Below are positions 7,411 to 17,314 of a stretch of 64,000 nt of DNA, one piece after another. How positions within the stretch are numbered: the first letter of the stretch is position 1; the number at the start of each line of letters is the position of its first letter. This DNA comes from Candidatus Rifleibacterium sp. (lineage in GTDB: Bacteria; Muiribacteriota; Ozemobacteria; Ozemobacterales; Ozemobacteraceae), in assembly GCA_035352635.1 (NCBI GenBank), contig DAOPYA010000009.1, positions 1,745 to 65,744 on the forward strand. Direction: 5' to 3'. The translations under genes and the position numbers were made by a program. The notes under the pieces were generated by a model that searched no databases, was not told where the DNA came from, and saw only the letters and a list, made by a program, of their open reading frames with translations.

Positions 7411-7935
7411 TTATTCTGCCGGCTTGCGAAAAGGCTCTTTGACCAGAGCGAAAAGGGCATTGGCAACCGATTCTTTGTGCTCAAGCATCAGTAATTTCGC
7501 GGCTTTGCCCTCGCCAAAGAACAATGGCCCGAGTTTTTCGGAGTCGGCGTCGATGACCAGCCCGAGAACCCGGTCGCCGTGCTCTTTCAATAAGCCTTCG
7601 ACTTTGCGTAAAAACCTTTCGGCACCATCGTTGCTGAGAATCAGCAGCCGGGAAACCCTCGAACCGCGTTGCTCTTTCGACTTTTCATCGACGAGGCCGA
7701 GGCCGTGTGCCTGAATTTCGAGACTGCGTTCAATGCCTTCGAAACCTCTAACCAGGCGCCCGCGCTTGTGTTCGATCTGCAGGGCATTGATAAAATGATC
7801 GTTAAAAGGCAGAAAAACAGCGGTGGCGTTTGATTTCTGCCAGAGTTTTCGCTGATTGGCGGTCATCAGTTTAAGAATTTCAGCGCCCCGGGGGTCGCTT
7901 TCAACCATTCTGGGCAGGCGCAGTTCTGTTTGCAT
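7411..7935 (-). CDS. Hypothetical protein (weak L7Ae/YlxQ-like resemblance)
   Basis: Clean 174-aa ORF with no competing frame. Only a loose similarity (KRGRLVRGFEGIERSLE ... LLILSNDGAERF) supports any family call. Confidence 0.45.
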   Translation of the reverse strand: MQTELRLPRMVESDPRGAEILKLMTANQRKLWQKSNATAVFLPFNDHFINALQIEHKRGRLVRGFEGIERSLEIQAHGLGLVDEKSKEQRGSRVSRLLILSNDGAERFLRKVEGLLKEHGDRVLGLVIDADSEKLGPLFFGEGKAAKLLMLEHKESVANALFALVKEPFRKPAE

Positions 7936-8130
7936 GCTGGGTTCCTTTTATAAACTTTTCTTTGATGATAGCAGAAAAATTTGCTTCGGACTCTTTTATT
8001 AACGCTGAAAAAGTACTACCATAAAAACCTGCCCTCGTGCCCGAAAACTTTGCCGGCAGATTTTGCCGGCCTTTTGAGCCCTTCTGAGCCTGCCCGTCTG
8101 GCATTGCCATCTGAAAACCGGATAATTACA

Positions 8131-9186
8131 ATGAAAAAATTGGTAAAAAAATTAGTCAATGTGCTGCTGATGCTTGCCCTGATTGCCTTGAGTGGCTGTT
8201 CCATACCCGGTTCCACCGGGACCCCGGTCGAAGACGATTCGGTGACGATCAGGGGCACGGTCAACGCCCCTGAAGTTCAAGCCCCTGGCATGCTGGCCGC
8301 GATTGGCGATGCGAATTCCCCAACGGCCTTCGCCAGTTTTTTTGCCAGCTCAAGCTGCCGTATCAATGGTCACGCAGTGGCGTTTTCGTTGAGCAGTGCG
8401 ACCCGCGAACTGATGATCGAAAAAATCCCACCGGCGGCGGCTTATAACGTTGAACTGCAATGCGGCAATCTCGCTCTCAGATCTTTCGCCCCCGGCAATG
8501 GCCGAAACGTTTCGCTGCCGCTGGGTATGTCGCTGCGCAGCACCGCCGACTGGCATCTGCGCGATGCCCTGGCGAGCTCAGCCAATATTGCAATTGACCA
8601 GCTCACCGACTACAGCATTAAAACTACGCTCGTCGATGCGCTGTCGGCCTCGCTTCAGAGCGAACTGAAGAAGGCCGGGGCCTCTTCGCTTTCTTATAAA
8701 AACCTGCTGAAAACTGGTGTCAGCGGCGCGGTGGCCGGCAAAGAACTTGCTGAGTGCCTGACCAGGTCTGGCAACGCCTTTGTATTCAACGGCACCTGGT
8801 CTGGCAAAGTGTATTATTATGCCAGCAACGCGGCTGGCAAGGCGGTGCTTGCCGTTCAGGCCGTGGCAAACCTCACCTGCACGCAGTCGGGCAGCACTGT
8901 TAGCGGTTCATGCAGCATTACGCCAACCGCTGTGGTGCCGCTCGTTGAAAAACCCGGCATTTCTGACCCCTCGAAGACCGCCTTTGCCTTCTCTGGAGCG
9001 GCGGCTGCCTCGTATCTGACCTTTGTGCGCAAGGGTTCGCTCGGGCCGCTGGCGGGCAAAACTCTTGACCGCTGGCTGGTTTTTCCGGTGCGTGGCGGTC
9101 TGGCGGTCAAAGCCGAAAACCTCGATACCAGCTATTTTACAGGGTTGACAACCCGGCCGGGCGAGTTTCTGTTGCAGAAGCAATAG
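8131..9186 (+). CDS. Lipoprotein, unknown function
   Basis: ATG 8131 gives MKKLVKKLVNVLLMLALIALSGC with a lipobox LSGC. The upstream part of the ORF-track frame has no signal peptide. Confidence 0.65.
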   Translation: MKKLVKKLVNVLLMLALIALSGCSIPGSTGTPVEDDSVTIRGTVNAPEVQAPGMLAAIGDANSPTAFASFFASSSCRINGHAVAFSLSSATRELMIEKIPPAAAYNVELQCGNLALRSFAPGNGRNVSLPLGMSLRSTADWHLRDALASSANIAIDQLTDYSIKTTLVDALSASLQSELKKAGASSLSYKNLLKTGVSGAVAGKELAECLTRSGNAFVFNGTWSGKVYYYASNAAGKAVLAVQAVANLTCTQSGSTVSGSCSITPTAVVPLVEKPGISDPSKTAFAFSGAAAASYLTFVRKGSLGPLAGKTLDRWLVFPVRGGLAVKAENLDTSYFTGLTTRPGEFLLQKQ

Positions 9187-9290
9187 AGTTCTCTTCGTCT
9201 CTACGGTTTTGCCTGTTTTTTTCCGATAAGTAACTTGAAGACTCGAACCAGGAAAAAAACATCAACAGAAGGCGAACAATTCTCTGGTTA

Positions 9291-10418
9291 ATGCTGCTTG
9301 CGGCATGGCTGCTGCCTGCTGCCGGTTCGTTATTTGCCTCGACCCGGCCAGAGGGAAGCCTGATGCCCGTGCCCTTCGTCGAGCGCGAAGAGTCGAATAC
9401 AGATACGCCTTTTGGGCCTTATCGCGAGAAGTCTGCGCAGCGTTTCGTCTACACCCGCAAGACCGAAAACCTCGTTACTGAAATGAATTTCCGGCATGTT
9501 CTTTATAAGGATCTTAACGGAACAGCACCTGAGATGAACTGCCTGCATCAGTTTTCGTTCAAGGGCTATAATATGTCAAGCCCTCTTGAATTCAAGGCCG
9601 GCCGTATTGTGACCGGCAACAACCTTCTTCAGACCGTCGATGGTGTCTCGTGGTTTTATCCATCGGGCAATCGGCTGAAAACCACCGTAGATTTTGGCCG
9701 TATCGCGCCGATCGACATGAAAGGCTCTGCCGGCCAGCCTTCGTTTGCCGAAGGGCGCCTGCATTATTCCTTCAATGACAACGCCTATATGGCGATTAAG
9801 TCGGTTAAGCAGTTCGATGATGCCTTTAACGGGGCGATGCTTGGCTATAATGCTGATGAATTCAGGGTCAGCGGTGAGTATCTCAATGGCGGCGCTACTG
9901 ATACGCTGCACCTGGGGTTGCAGTATTTTGAGGCACGCCGTTTCGATCTGACTTCTGATTATCGGCTGTTTATGAATGACACAACCGACTCTGGCAATAT
10001 GCGGCACAGTGTGGGTCTTGAGAGCGGGCAACTTTATGTTGAGGGTGGCATCGGCAGCCAGTTCTGGTTCAATGGCCCCGAGAAGCCCGATTGCTGGTTT
10101 TATGATGGCAATGTAACTTTTACTTCAAAAAAACGTGACAACGCCAGTCTCGGCTACCTGGTCGAAACCGATAACGCCTCGACGAGTCGAACCATTTATG
10201 GTCGTGCCGAGCGGCGCATTTCGCACAAGACCACTTTTGGCATCGGCGTCGAAGACACCCGCTTCGAAAAAAGCGGTGGCACGGTGCAAAATCTCGAAGG
10301 CCGCCTGAATCGCCGTGTTCAATGGGGCTGGGTTGAATTGTCGGGTGCCGTAATCACTGGCGGTGGCGATTCTGACCTGCAAAAAGACATTCGCCTGCGT
10401 GCCGGCTACGAATTTTAA
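9291..10418 (+). CDS. Putative outer-membrane beta-barrel protein
   Basis: 375 aa with an N-terminal hydrophobic signal. It shows alternating beta-strand-like periodicity and a C-terminal ...LRAGYEF with terminal Phe. Confidence 0.5.
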   Translation: MLLAAWLLPAAGSLFASTRPEGSLMPVPFVEREESNTDTPFGPYREKSAQRFVYTRKTENLVTEMNFRHVLYKDLNGTAPEMNCLHQFSFKGYNMSSPLEFKAGRIVTGNNLLQTVDGVSWFYPSGNRLKTTVDFGRIAPIDMKGSAGQPSFAEGRLHYSFNDNAYMAIKSVKQFDDAFNGAMLGYNADEFRVSGEYLNGGATDTLHLGLQYFEARRFDLTSDYRLFMNDTTDSGNMRHSVGLESGQLYVEGGIGSQFWFNGPEKPDCWFYDGNVTFTSKKRDNASLGYLVETDNASTSRTIYGRAERRISHKTTFGIGVEDTRFEKSGGTVQNLEGRLNRRVQWGWVELSGAVITGGGDSDLQKDIRLRAGYEF

Positions 10419-10644
10419 CAAAATTTTCAGGCTTCCCGCATCGCAATTTTATTATAGAGGGTTCTAACGACTCCATCACAAAGAATGCCCATCTAAGTAT
10501 TACTCAACTTGCAAATTCATTACCATGACAGATTTGTAGACCATTAAGATTTGACCGGGAATTGCTGCTTTTCTCAAGCAGAGACGGCGGGTGGCTCAAA
10601 TATCTGTTATAATTCTTCTCATATTGAAAAATGAGGAGTAACTG

Positions 10645-13600
10645 ATGTTTGGTGATACCCTGAAAATCACACTGACCTCTGAATTCGCTAGCAAAGACGC
10701 CATCATTTCTGATGATGCGCACGGCAAATGCGACCGGCTGACCTATCAGCAGTTGACCGATGAGGTGGCCACCATTGCCGGCATGATCAGGGAGGCCGGT
10801 ATCGCCGCCGGTGAGCGGGTTATATTTGTCAGCGAAAATCATTTGTACTGGCTGCCGATTTTTCTTGGTATCACTAATGCCGGTGCCATCGCGGTTCCGA
10901 TTGATGGAAATTGCGCCGTTGAGCGTTTTCATGCCGTCGTTACCGACTGCCGGCCGGCCGGGGTAATCATTTCGCGCAAGTTTGAGAAGCGTTTTGCTGA
11001 ATTCATGCTTTCTGGTTGCGAAGTCAGGGCGACGATCAACCTGTATTTCGACCTTTTCGTCTTCAGCAACGTTTCTGAGACGGCAGTTGCCGCGATTGAA
11101 CCTAAGGCTGATGATACTGCCGCGATTATCTACACCTCTGGCACCACCGGTAAGCCCAAGGGCATCATGCTCAGCCACCGGGCCATCGTTGAATCAATCA
11201 AGCTCGGGCTGGTAATTTCGGGTTACAAGACCGAAGAACGCATGCTGGCGCTCTTGCCATTCACCCATGTTTTTGCCCTGATCGATTCGGGGCTGGTGAT
11301 GCTTGGCTGCCATTCGTCGCTGGTGGTCTGCAACAGCTTCAACCCGGGCGAAATCATGCAGGTGCTCATGAAACACCGTGCCACCTATGTGCTGGCGGTA
11401 CCGCGTCTCGCTGAACTGATGGCCATGGGGTTGATGCAGGCACCCGATATCAAGCTGCCTGGTTTGACCATGATTATCGGAGGGGCCTCGCCTCGCCCTG
11501 AAGTCATGCAATTATTGATCGCCCGTGGCATCAAGACTTTTCAGGGGTTCGGCATGACCGAAACGGCTGCTGGGGTGCTGATTGGCCACGATTGCCCGAT
11601 TGAGTCGGTTGGTCGGCCCCAATGTGGCGTAAGTGTCAGAATCAACGAACCGGTTAACGGAATCGGTGAATTGCTGATTGCCAGCCCGACCTTATTCTCG
11701 GGGGTTTTTGGTCAGCCTGGGCGTGATGAAACCATGTTTATAGACGGTTTTTTCAAAACCGGTGACCTGGCGCAGATGGATGCGGGTGGCAATGTTTATA
11801 TCAAAGGCCGGGCCAAAGAAGTTATTATCTCGGCTTCAGGGTTGAATGTTTACCCTGATGAGCTTGAGCTGCGTCTCGGCGCTCTGCCTTATGCTGAAGA
11901 ATACGTGATTTTCGGTTACTGCGCCGAAGGCCTGGAACTGCCAGCCCTGGCACTGCAGCGCCGCAATGAATTTTTTAAAGACCGCAGTGTCGGCAAGGTG
12001 CGTGATTTTGTCGAAGAAGATATTCGTCAGCGCACGGTCAACTGGCCGACCGCCGAGAAGATTCGCAAGATTTTTATCGTTGATCAGCCGTTGCCGCGTT
12101 CGGCGAGCGCCAAGATCAAACGCTTTGAGGTTGCGGCCATGTTTTGCTCTGAGGCAGCGCCGGTCAAGGCTCAGCCCGAAGAACGGGGCAATGTTCAGCT
12201 TGATGCCAAACTCTTTGAAATGTTTCGTTCTGAAGTAGCGGCTTTTTTGAATGTCGAACCCGGCAAAATCAATCTCAGCACCAGGCTTGATGAATTCATG
12301 ATGCTAGATTCGCTCGGGGTGATTGCTCTGATGATCAGACTCGAGAAACGGTTCACCATCTCTTTTCGAGAGTTGCTGGGCAGCTCGGTGACGACTTTCT
12401 CAGAGGTTTTTTCGTATCTGGCAAAGAGAGTCGATGGCGAAAAGCGCGAACTGGTTCAATCTTCAGAAGCCCCCGGTGGCAGTTTACCGCCGTTGCTTGA
12501 TTTTTCTGAAGCAGCGGTCGAGCGCCGCCAGCAGTTTATTCGCGATCTGACCGGCAATTCTGAATTCAGACTGCCCGTTGCCCCGGCGGTCGATGACTAT
12601 GCCGGTAATATCGAGGGTCTGGTGGGTTTTGCCATGCTGCCGGTCGGTATCTGTGGGCCGCTTAAAGTGGTAGGCCAGAAGGCTGTGGGCGATTTTTATC
12701 TGCCACTCGCTACCACCGAAGGGGCTCTGGTGTCTTCGGTGGCCCGGGGTTGCCAGGTTATCACGCTTTCGGGCGGTGCCGAAGTCAGACTGGTTAATGA
12801 CAGTGTCGTCAGAACGCCGGTTTTTGTTCTTGACTCGCTCGCTGAGCAGGAAAAGTTCTCTCACTGGATAGAAAACAATTTTTCGCGGATCAAGCAGGAA
12901 GCTGAAAAGACTACCAGGCACGGTAAACTCAAAGAAATAGAGCTTTTTCCCATCGGCTGCCAGTTGATTCTGCGCTTCAGCTTCTCGACCGGCGATGCTT
13001 CAGGGCAGAATATGACAACCATCGCGACCCGGGGCGCCGTTGATTATATTCTCAAGTATTATAACGGCCGCATCGATGACTGGTTTCTTGAATCGAACCT
13101 GTCGGGTGACAAGAAGATCAACAGCATTAACTTTACCGGCAATCGCGGCAAAAAGATGGTGGCGGCCTGCACGATACCGGCTTCGCTGGTTAAACAGGTG
13201 CTGCACACCACCCCCGAACGCATGTGCCGCCTGGCCGACCTCTCGATGGTGACTTCAATTCAGTCGCACTCATTTGGTGTGCAGGCGCATTACGCGAACA
13301 CTCTGGCGGCGGTTTATATTGCCACCGGCCAGGACCCGGCCTGCGTAGCAGAGTCGGCGGCTGGCATTACCTATCTGCAGATGCGTGACGGCAATCTGCA
13401 TATCAGCGTTACCCTGCCCGGCATAATGGTTGGTACAGTGGGGGGCGGCACCCGGTTGCCCACCCAGAAGAGTTGCCTTGACCTGATGCAGTGTGCCGGC
13501 TCGGGCAACTCGCAGAAATTCGCCGAAATTCTCGCGGTTGGCGTTCTGGCCGGCGAAATTTCGATCATCGGGGCCATGGCGGCCGATGAATTCACAGATG

Positions 13601-13653
13601 CGCACGCCCGATACGGTCGGGCCGGTGGTTTGAGCACTGGAGCGAAAAGCTGA
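10645..13653 (+). CDS. Tri-domain enzyme: adenylation (ANL) - carrier protein - HMG-CoA-reductase-like reductase
   Basis: 1002 aa with RBS GAGGAG. A-domain motifs: IYTSGTTGKPKG, GFGMTE, GDLAQMDAGGNVYIKGR, SASAKIKR. Carrier Ser in MLDSLGV. The C-terminal ~380 aa carry PLATTEGALV, SGDKKINSINF, IATGQDPACV, TVGGGT and a C-terminal DAH, matching the HMGR E/K/D/H positions. Confidence 0.85.
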   Translation: MFGDTLKITLTSEFASKDAIISDDAHGKCDRLTYQQLTDEVATIAGMIREAGIAAGERVIFVSENHLYWLPIFLGITNAGAIAVPIDGNCAVERFHAVVTDCRPAGVIISRKFEKRFAEFMLSGCEVRATINLYFDLFVFSNVSETAVAAIEPKADDTAAIIYTSGTTGKPKGIMLSHRAIVESIKLGLVISGYKTEERMLALLPFTHVFALIDSGLVMLGCHSSLVVCNSFNPGEIMQVLMKHRATYVLAVPRLAELMAMGLMQAPDIKLPGLTMIIGGASPRPEVMQLLIARGIKTFQGFGMTETAAGVLIGHDCPIESVGRPQCGVSVRINEPVNGIGELLIASPTLFSGVFGQPGRDETMFIDGFFKTGDLAQMDAGGNVYIKGRAKEVIISASGLNVYPDELELRLGALPYAEEYVIFGYCAEGLELPALALQRRNEFFKDRSVGKVRDFVEEDIRQRTVNWPTAEKIRKIFIVDQPLPRSASAKIKRFEVAAMFCSEAAPVKAQPEERGNVQLDAKLFEMFRSEVAAFLNVEPGKINLSTRLDEFMMLDSLGVIALMIRLEKRFTISFRELLGSSVTTFSEVFSYLAKRVDGEKRELVQSSEAPGGSLPPLLDFSEAAVERRQQFIRDLTGNSEFRLPVAPAVDDYAGNIEGLVGFAMLPVGICGPLKVVGQKAVGDFYLPLATTEGALVSSVARGCQVITLSGGAEVRLVNDSVVRTPVFVLDSLAEQEKFSHWIENNFSRIKQEAEKTTRHGKLKEIELFPIGCQLILRFSFSTGDASGQNMTTIATRGAVDYILKYYNGRIDDWFLESNLSGDKKINSINFTGNRGKKMVAACTIPASLVKQVLHTTPERMCRLADLSMVTSIQSHSFGVQAHYANTLAAVYIATGQDPACVAESAAGITYLQMRDGNLHISVTLPGIMVGTVGGGTRLPTQKSCLDLMQCAGSGNSQKFAEILAVGVLAGEISIIGAMAADEFTDAHARYGRAGGLSTGAKS

Positions 13654-13654
13654 T

Positions 13655-14413
13655 ATGAAAACGATTTTTGTGACTTCTGACGTTACCTATGTTAAAGATA
13701 ACTATCTGTCGGTCATTGACCGGGTCACCGACCGGGGCAATCTGCCGGCCGGCATTACCGCGGCCGGAGCCGTAATGATCAAGGTGCCCGAGAAGATACT
13801 TCTGAAAAATATTTTCGGGTTGCTGGCCATCGGTGCCCCGGGGTTCAGCTTTACCCTGTTGCGCAATATGCTGCAGTCGCGGTTAAACGACCCGCGGGTC
13901 AAGCTTCTCAACGAAAGGGGCGTCAGGCTCTTTCGCACCAAGACGGTTAACAGTCAGGCCGCGCTTGAATTTATCGGCGGTCTGGCCCCTGACCTGATAG
14001 TCAATATGCGTACCCGCAACATTTTTCGTAAGCCCGTGCTCGATCTGCCCAAAATCGGTTGTATTAACATTCATCATGGGCTGCTGCCTGACAATCGCGG
14101 CACCATGTGTGACCTGTGGGCCTGGGTCGAAGGCCGGCCCGTAGGTTTCTCAGTGCACTGGATGAACGAAAAGATTGACGACGGGGCGATTATCGAACGC
14201 TGCGAAGTCGATACCAGTGGCTGCCGATCTTATATTGAGATTCCGTATCGTTCAAGTCAACTAGAGGCGCCCTGCCTGCTGAGCTGCCTTGAGCGTATCC
14301 GTCGGCACGGGCGTAATATCGGTTTTCCTAATGTTACGGTTAAAGAAAACTACACCCGCACTCCATCGCCTGCAAAAATAGCCGAGATTCGCCGACGCGG
14401 TCTGAGACTGTAA
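13655..14413 (+). CDS. Formyltransferase-fold protein (Fmt/PurN N-terminal domain-like)
   Basis: 252 aa. NIHHGLLPDNRG matches the H-x-S/G-LLP-x-x-RG motif, followed by IDDGAII. The ATG is 1 nt after the upstream stop. Confidence 0.7.
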   Translation: MKTIFVTSDVTYVKDNYLSVIDRVTDRGNLPAGITAAGAVMIKVPEKILLKNIFGLLAIGAPGFSFTLLRNMLQSRLNDPRVKLLNERGVRLFRTKTVNSQAALEFIGGLAPDLIVNMRTRNIFRKPVLDLPKIGCINIHHGLLPDNRGTMCDLWAWVEGRPVGFSVHWMNEKIDDGAIIERCEVDTSGCRSYIEIPYRSSQLEAPCLLSCLERIRRHGRNIGFPNVTVKENYTRTPSPAKIAEIRRRGLRL

Positions 14414-14527
14414 TAAAACCCGGCCCTCTGGAAGCCTGCCGCTCTGGCCCGGTCTGGCAAACTATCTATTGTCAGTGTGGCGGGTGCGTGGTAACCTGAC
14501 GCTGAGCTTACACTCAGGAGACCATCT

Positions 14528-16231
14528 GTGAATTTATACGACAGGCTTCATAACCAGGCCATCGGTTTTTTTGACGGAAGTGACCCGCGTAATAATGTTG
14601 TTTCTCTGATGCAGCGTCACGTGGTTGAAAGGCCCGATGAGATTGCCTTTATGTTGCCTGAGCGCGATAAACTCCCCAAATGGGGCGATATGGTCGTCAC
14701 CAGTCTGGCACATAAGAAGGTCACTTTTCGGCAGTTTTTCAACCTGGTCTCTCTGGCTGCTTCTGGCCTCAAAAACATCGGCATCGGCCATGGCGACCGG
14801 GTTATTGTTTTTCTGCCCGTGTCGATACCCCTTTATCAGACGATGGCAGCCGTGCAGATGATCGGCGCCAGCGTTGTTTTTCTTGATTCGTGGGCACGCC
14901 GTGACCAGCTTGGGGTAAGTGCCGAAATTGCCGATGCCAGAGCGATGATCAGCTTTGAACAGGCTTTCGACCTTTGCAGGGGTGACCCCCGGTTCGATAA
15001 AATCCCGATCAGGGTCGTTGTCGGCCCGCATCACGGCAAATACACGGCCACTCTCGACCAGCTGCAGAAAAACGAGCCATGCCAGCAGGTCGAAGCGATG
15101 CGAGGCGATGAAACCGCGCTGATCACTTTCGCAACCGGCAGTTCAGGCCGCCCGAAAGGCGCCAGCCGCACCCATGATTTTCTGGCTGCCCAGCACTACG
15201 CTCTGCATGACTGTGTTCCGTACACAGCGGGTGACCTCGACCTGCCCGCTTTCCCGATATTTTCGCTGAATAATCTTGCTGAGGGCGTTATGACAGTAAT
15301 ACCGGTCGTCGATATCGGCCGGCCCTCAGAAAAAGATTCACTGATGCTGGCTAGTCAGATGATTGCGCTCGGCATTACCTGCGCCACTCTATCGCCGTCG
15401 ATGATGGCCGGGCTGGCAAATTTCTGCGAACAGAACAGCGTGGTCATGCCAAAAGTTCGCCGCCTGATCACCGCTGGTGCCCCGATCAGCAACGAAACCC
15501 TTGCCCTGATGAAAAAAGCGGTGCCGGCGGCCGAAATCTGGGTGCTTTATGGCTCGACCGAGGTCGAACCGATCGCCCATATTGAGGCCAACGACATTCT
15601 CAACCCGAAACAGGGTGGTGGCGAGGGGGTTTGTGTCGGCCATTTTGCCGCAGGTCTCGAAACCAGGTTCATTAAAATTCGCAAAGACGCCATAAAGCTG
15701 GTCAACGATGACTGGTCGCAGCTTGAAGTCGCACCGGGTGAGGTTGGCGAACTTCTGGTTGCCGGCCTGCATGTCTGCAAAGGCTATTACAACGATCAAG
15801 AAGCGGTTGAACGCACCAAGGTTGTCGAATCGAACGGCAAGGTCTGGCACCGAACCGGCGATCTGGCTTGTCTTGACAAGGCGCAGAACGTCTGGCTGGT
15901 TGGCCGTGTTCACAACGCCATTGCCCGTGGCGGGCGCCAGCTGTTTCCGGTTCAGGTTGAGATGCTGATGAAGAAAGTGGCTGGCGTTAAGCAGTCAGCT
16001 TTTCTTGGTGTGCCTGACCCTGAACTCGGCGAAAAAGCCTACGCACTCGTTCAGCTGGCTGATGACGCCAAAGCCCGCACCGGCGAGATTCTTAACAATA
16101 TTGCCCGTGAGCTGAAGTCCGCAAAGGTGCCGTTCGACCACCTCAATACCGTTGACGACATCCCCACAGACCCGAGGCATCACAGCAGGGTTGAATATGG
16201 AATTTTGCGTGAGCAGCTTTTTAAGAAATAG
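14528..16231 (+). CDS. ANL-superfamily adenylating enzyme, OleC / fatty-acid-CoA-ligase-family-like
   Basis: 567 aa, GTG start after AGGAGA. Motifs: ITFATGSSGRPKG, YGSTEVEP, TGDLACLD...VWLVGR, and a C-terminal DIPTDPRHHSRVEY. Confidence 0.8.
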   Translation: MNLYDRLHNQAIGFFDGSDPRNNVVSLMQRHVVERPDEIAFMLPERDKLPKWGDMVVTSLAHKKVTFRQFFNLVSLAASGLKNIGIGHGDRVIVFLPVSIPLYQTMAAVQMIGASVVFLDSWARRDQLGVSAEIADARAMISFEQAFDLCRGDPRFDKIPIRVVVGPHHGKYTATLDQLQKNEPCQQVEAMRGDETALITFATGSSGRPKGASRTHDFLAAQHYALHDCVPYTAGDLDLPAFPIFSLNNLAEGVMTVIPVVDIGRPSEKDSLMLASQMIALGITCATLSPSMMAGLANFCEQNSVVMPKVRRLITAGAPISNETLALMKKAVPAAEIWVLYGSTEVEPIAHIEANDILNPKQGGGEGVCVGHFAAGLETRFIKIRKDAIKLVNDDWSQLEVAPGEVGELLVAGLHVCKGYYNDQEAVERTKVVESNGKVWHRTGDLACLDKAQNVWLVGRVHNAIARGGRQLFPVQVEMLMKKVAGVKQSAFLGVPDPELGEKAYALVQLADDAKARTGEILNNIARELKSAKVPFDHLNTVDDIPTDPRHHSRVEYGILREQLFKK

Positions 16232-16297
16232 TTACCCCTCAGCAGCTGCAGCCATCAAGGCTGCAGTTTCATTTTAACCGGTCGACCTGGAGGTTTT

Positions 16298-17218
16298 ATG
16301 GCCTTTATTGCACGCTGGTGGCAGTTTTTAAAAGAGCGTCACGAGCCTTTTGGCATTACATTGATGGTCAGTGCTTTTTTTGCGGCCAGCGCTTTTATGG
16401 CATATCAGCCGGGGCTGCACGCTCCGCCTTGCTGGCGGCGTCTGACAGCCGGTTTTATCGTCGTCTGGCTGGTGTTTCTGCACATGCGCCTGTTCGACGA
16501 GGTAAAAGATTACCATTTTGACCGGGAGCACAACCCGGGGCGGCCCCTGGCACGTGGCCTGATCAGCGTAGGTGAGTTTTCTGCGATGACGCTGGTCTGT
16601 CTGCTGGCTGAACTAGGGCTTTCTGCGATTATGGCCTGGCCGATGCTGCCGGGTCTGGTCATGGTTCTGTGCTTTACCCTGTTGATGCGTATGGAATTTT
16701 TTATAGGCGACTGGCTGCGCCCCCAACTAGAGCTTTACGCGATCACTCACACGTTTTCGGCGGCAATGATCAGCATGCTGATTTACACGGTTGTCTGTTT
16801 TTCTGATTTCGCGGCTGTTGACCGGGGCATGCTGCTCTACGCTCTCGGCAACTGGTTTGTCTTTAATGTTTTTGAATTCGGCCGCAAGACTTTTGCGGTT
16901 GAAGAAGAGCGGGCGGGTGTTGATTCATATTCAGCACGCCTGCGGCCCTGGGGTGCGGTGCTTCTGTTGCTGGTCAACGTCGCTGCCGCCTACGCCGCTT
17001 TCTATTTTGCTGCCACCGCGAAATTTGCCGCCGTGGTTGACTGGCGCCTGCTTGGGCCGGCGGCCGGTGTGACTCTGCTGGTTGCCCTGGCCGGTGCCGT
17101 TTATGCTGCCCAACCAACCAAAGCTTTTGCCAAGCTTTATCGCGGGGTGGTAACCCTGTATCTGCTGGCTTACCCGGCTGCCATTGCCGCGTCGATTTAT
17201 CTGCTCGTTTATCGCTGA
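16298..17218 (+). CDS. UbiA-superfamily-like polytopic membrane protein
   Basis: 306 aa with about 8 hydrophobic segments. The first Asp-rich motif FDEVKDYHFDREHNPGRPLARG (DxxxDxxxD...RPL..G) is present. I could not identify a second Asp-rich motif. Confidence 0.6.
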   Translation: MAFIARWWQFLKERHEPFGITLMVSAFFAASAFMAYQPGLHAPPCWRRLTAGFIVVWLVFLHMRLFDEVKDYHFDREHNPGRPLARGLISVGEFSAMTLVCLLAELGLSAIMAWPMLPGLVMVLCFTLLMRMEFFIGDWLRPQLELYAITHTFSAAMISMLIYTVVCFSDFAAVDRGMLLYALGNWFVFNVFEFGRKTFAVEEERAGVDSYSARLRPWGAVLLLLVNVAAAYAAFYFAATAKFAAVVDWRLLGPAAGVTLLVALAGAVYAAQPTKAFAKLYRGVVTLYLLAYPAAIAASIYLLVYR

Positions 17219-17314
17219 AGGCAGTTGCCGAAAATGTACGGCAAAGATTTGGAGTTTGCGGGTTTGTCGGTTACAATTATTGTCTGATTCAAAGATATTC
17301 AAGAGGAACCTGAC

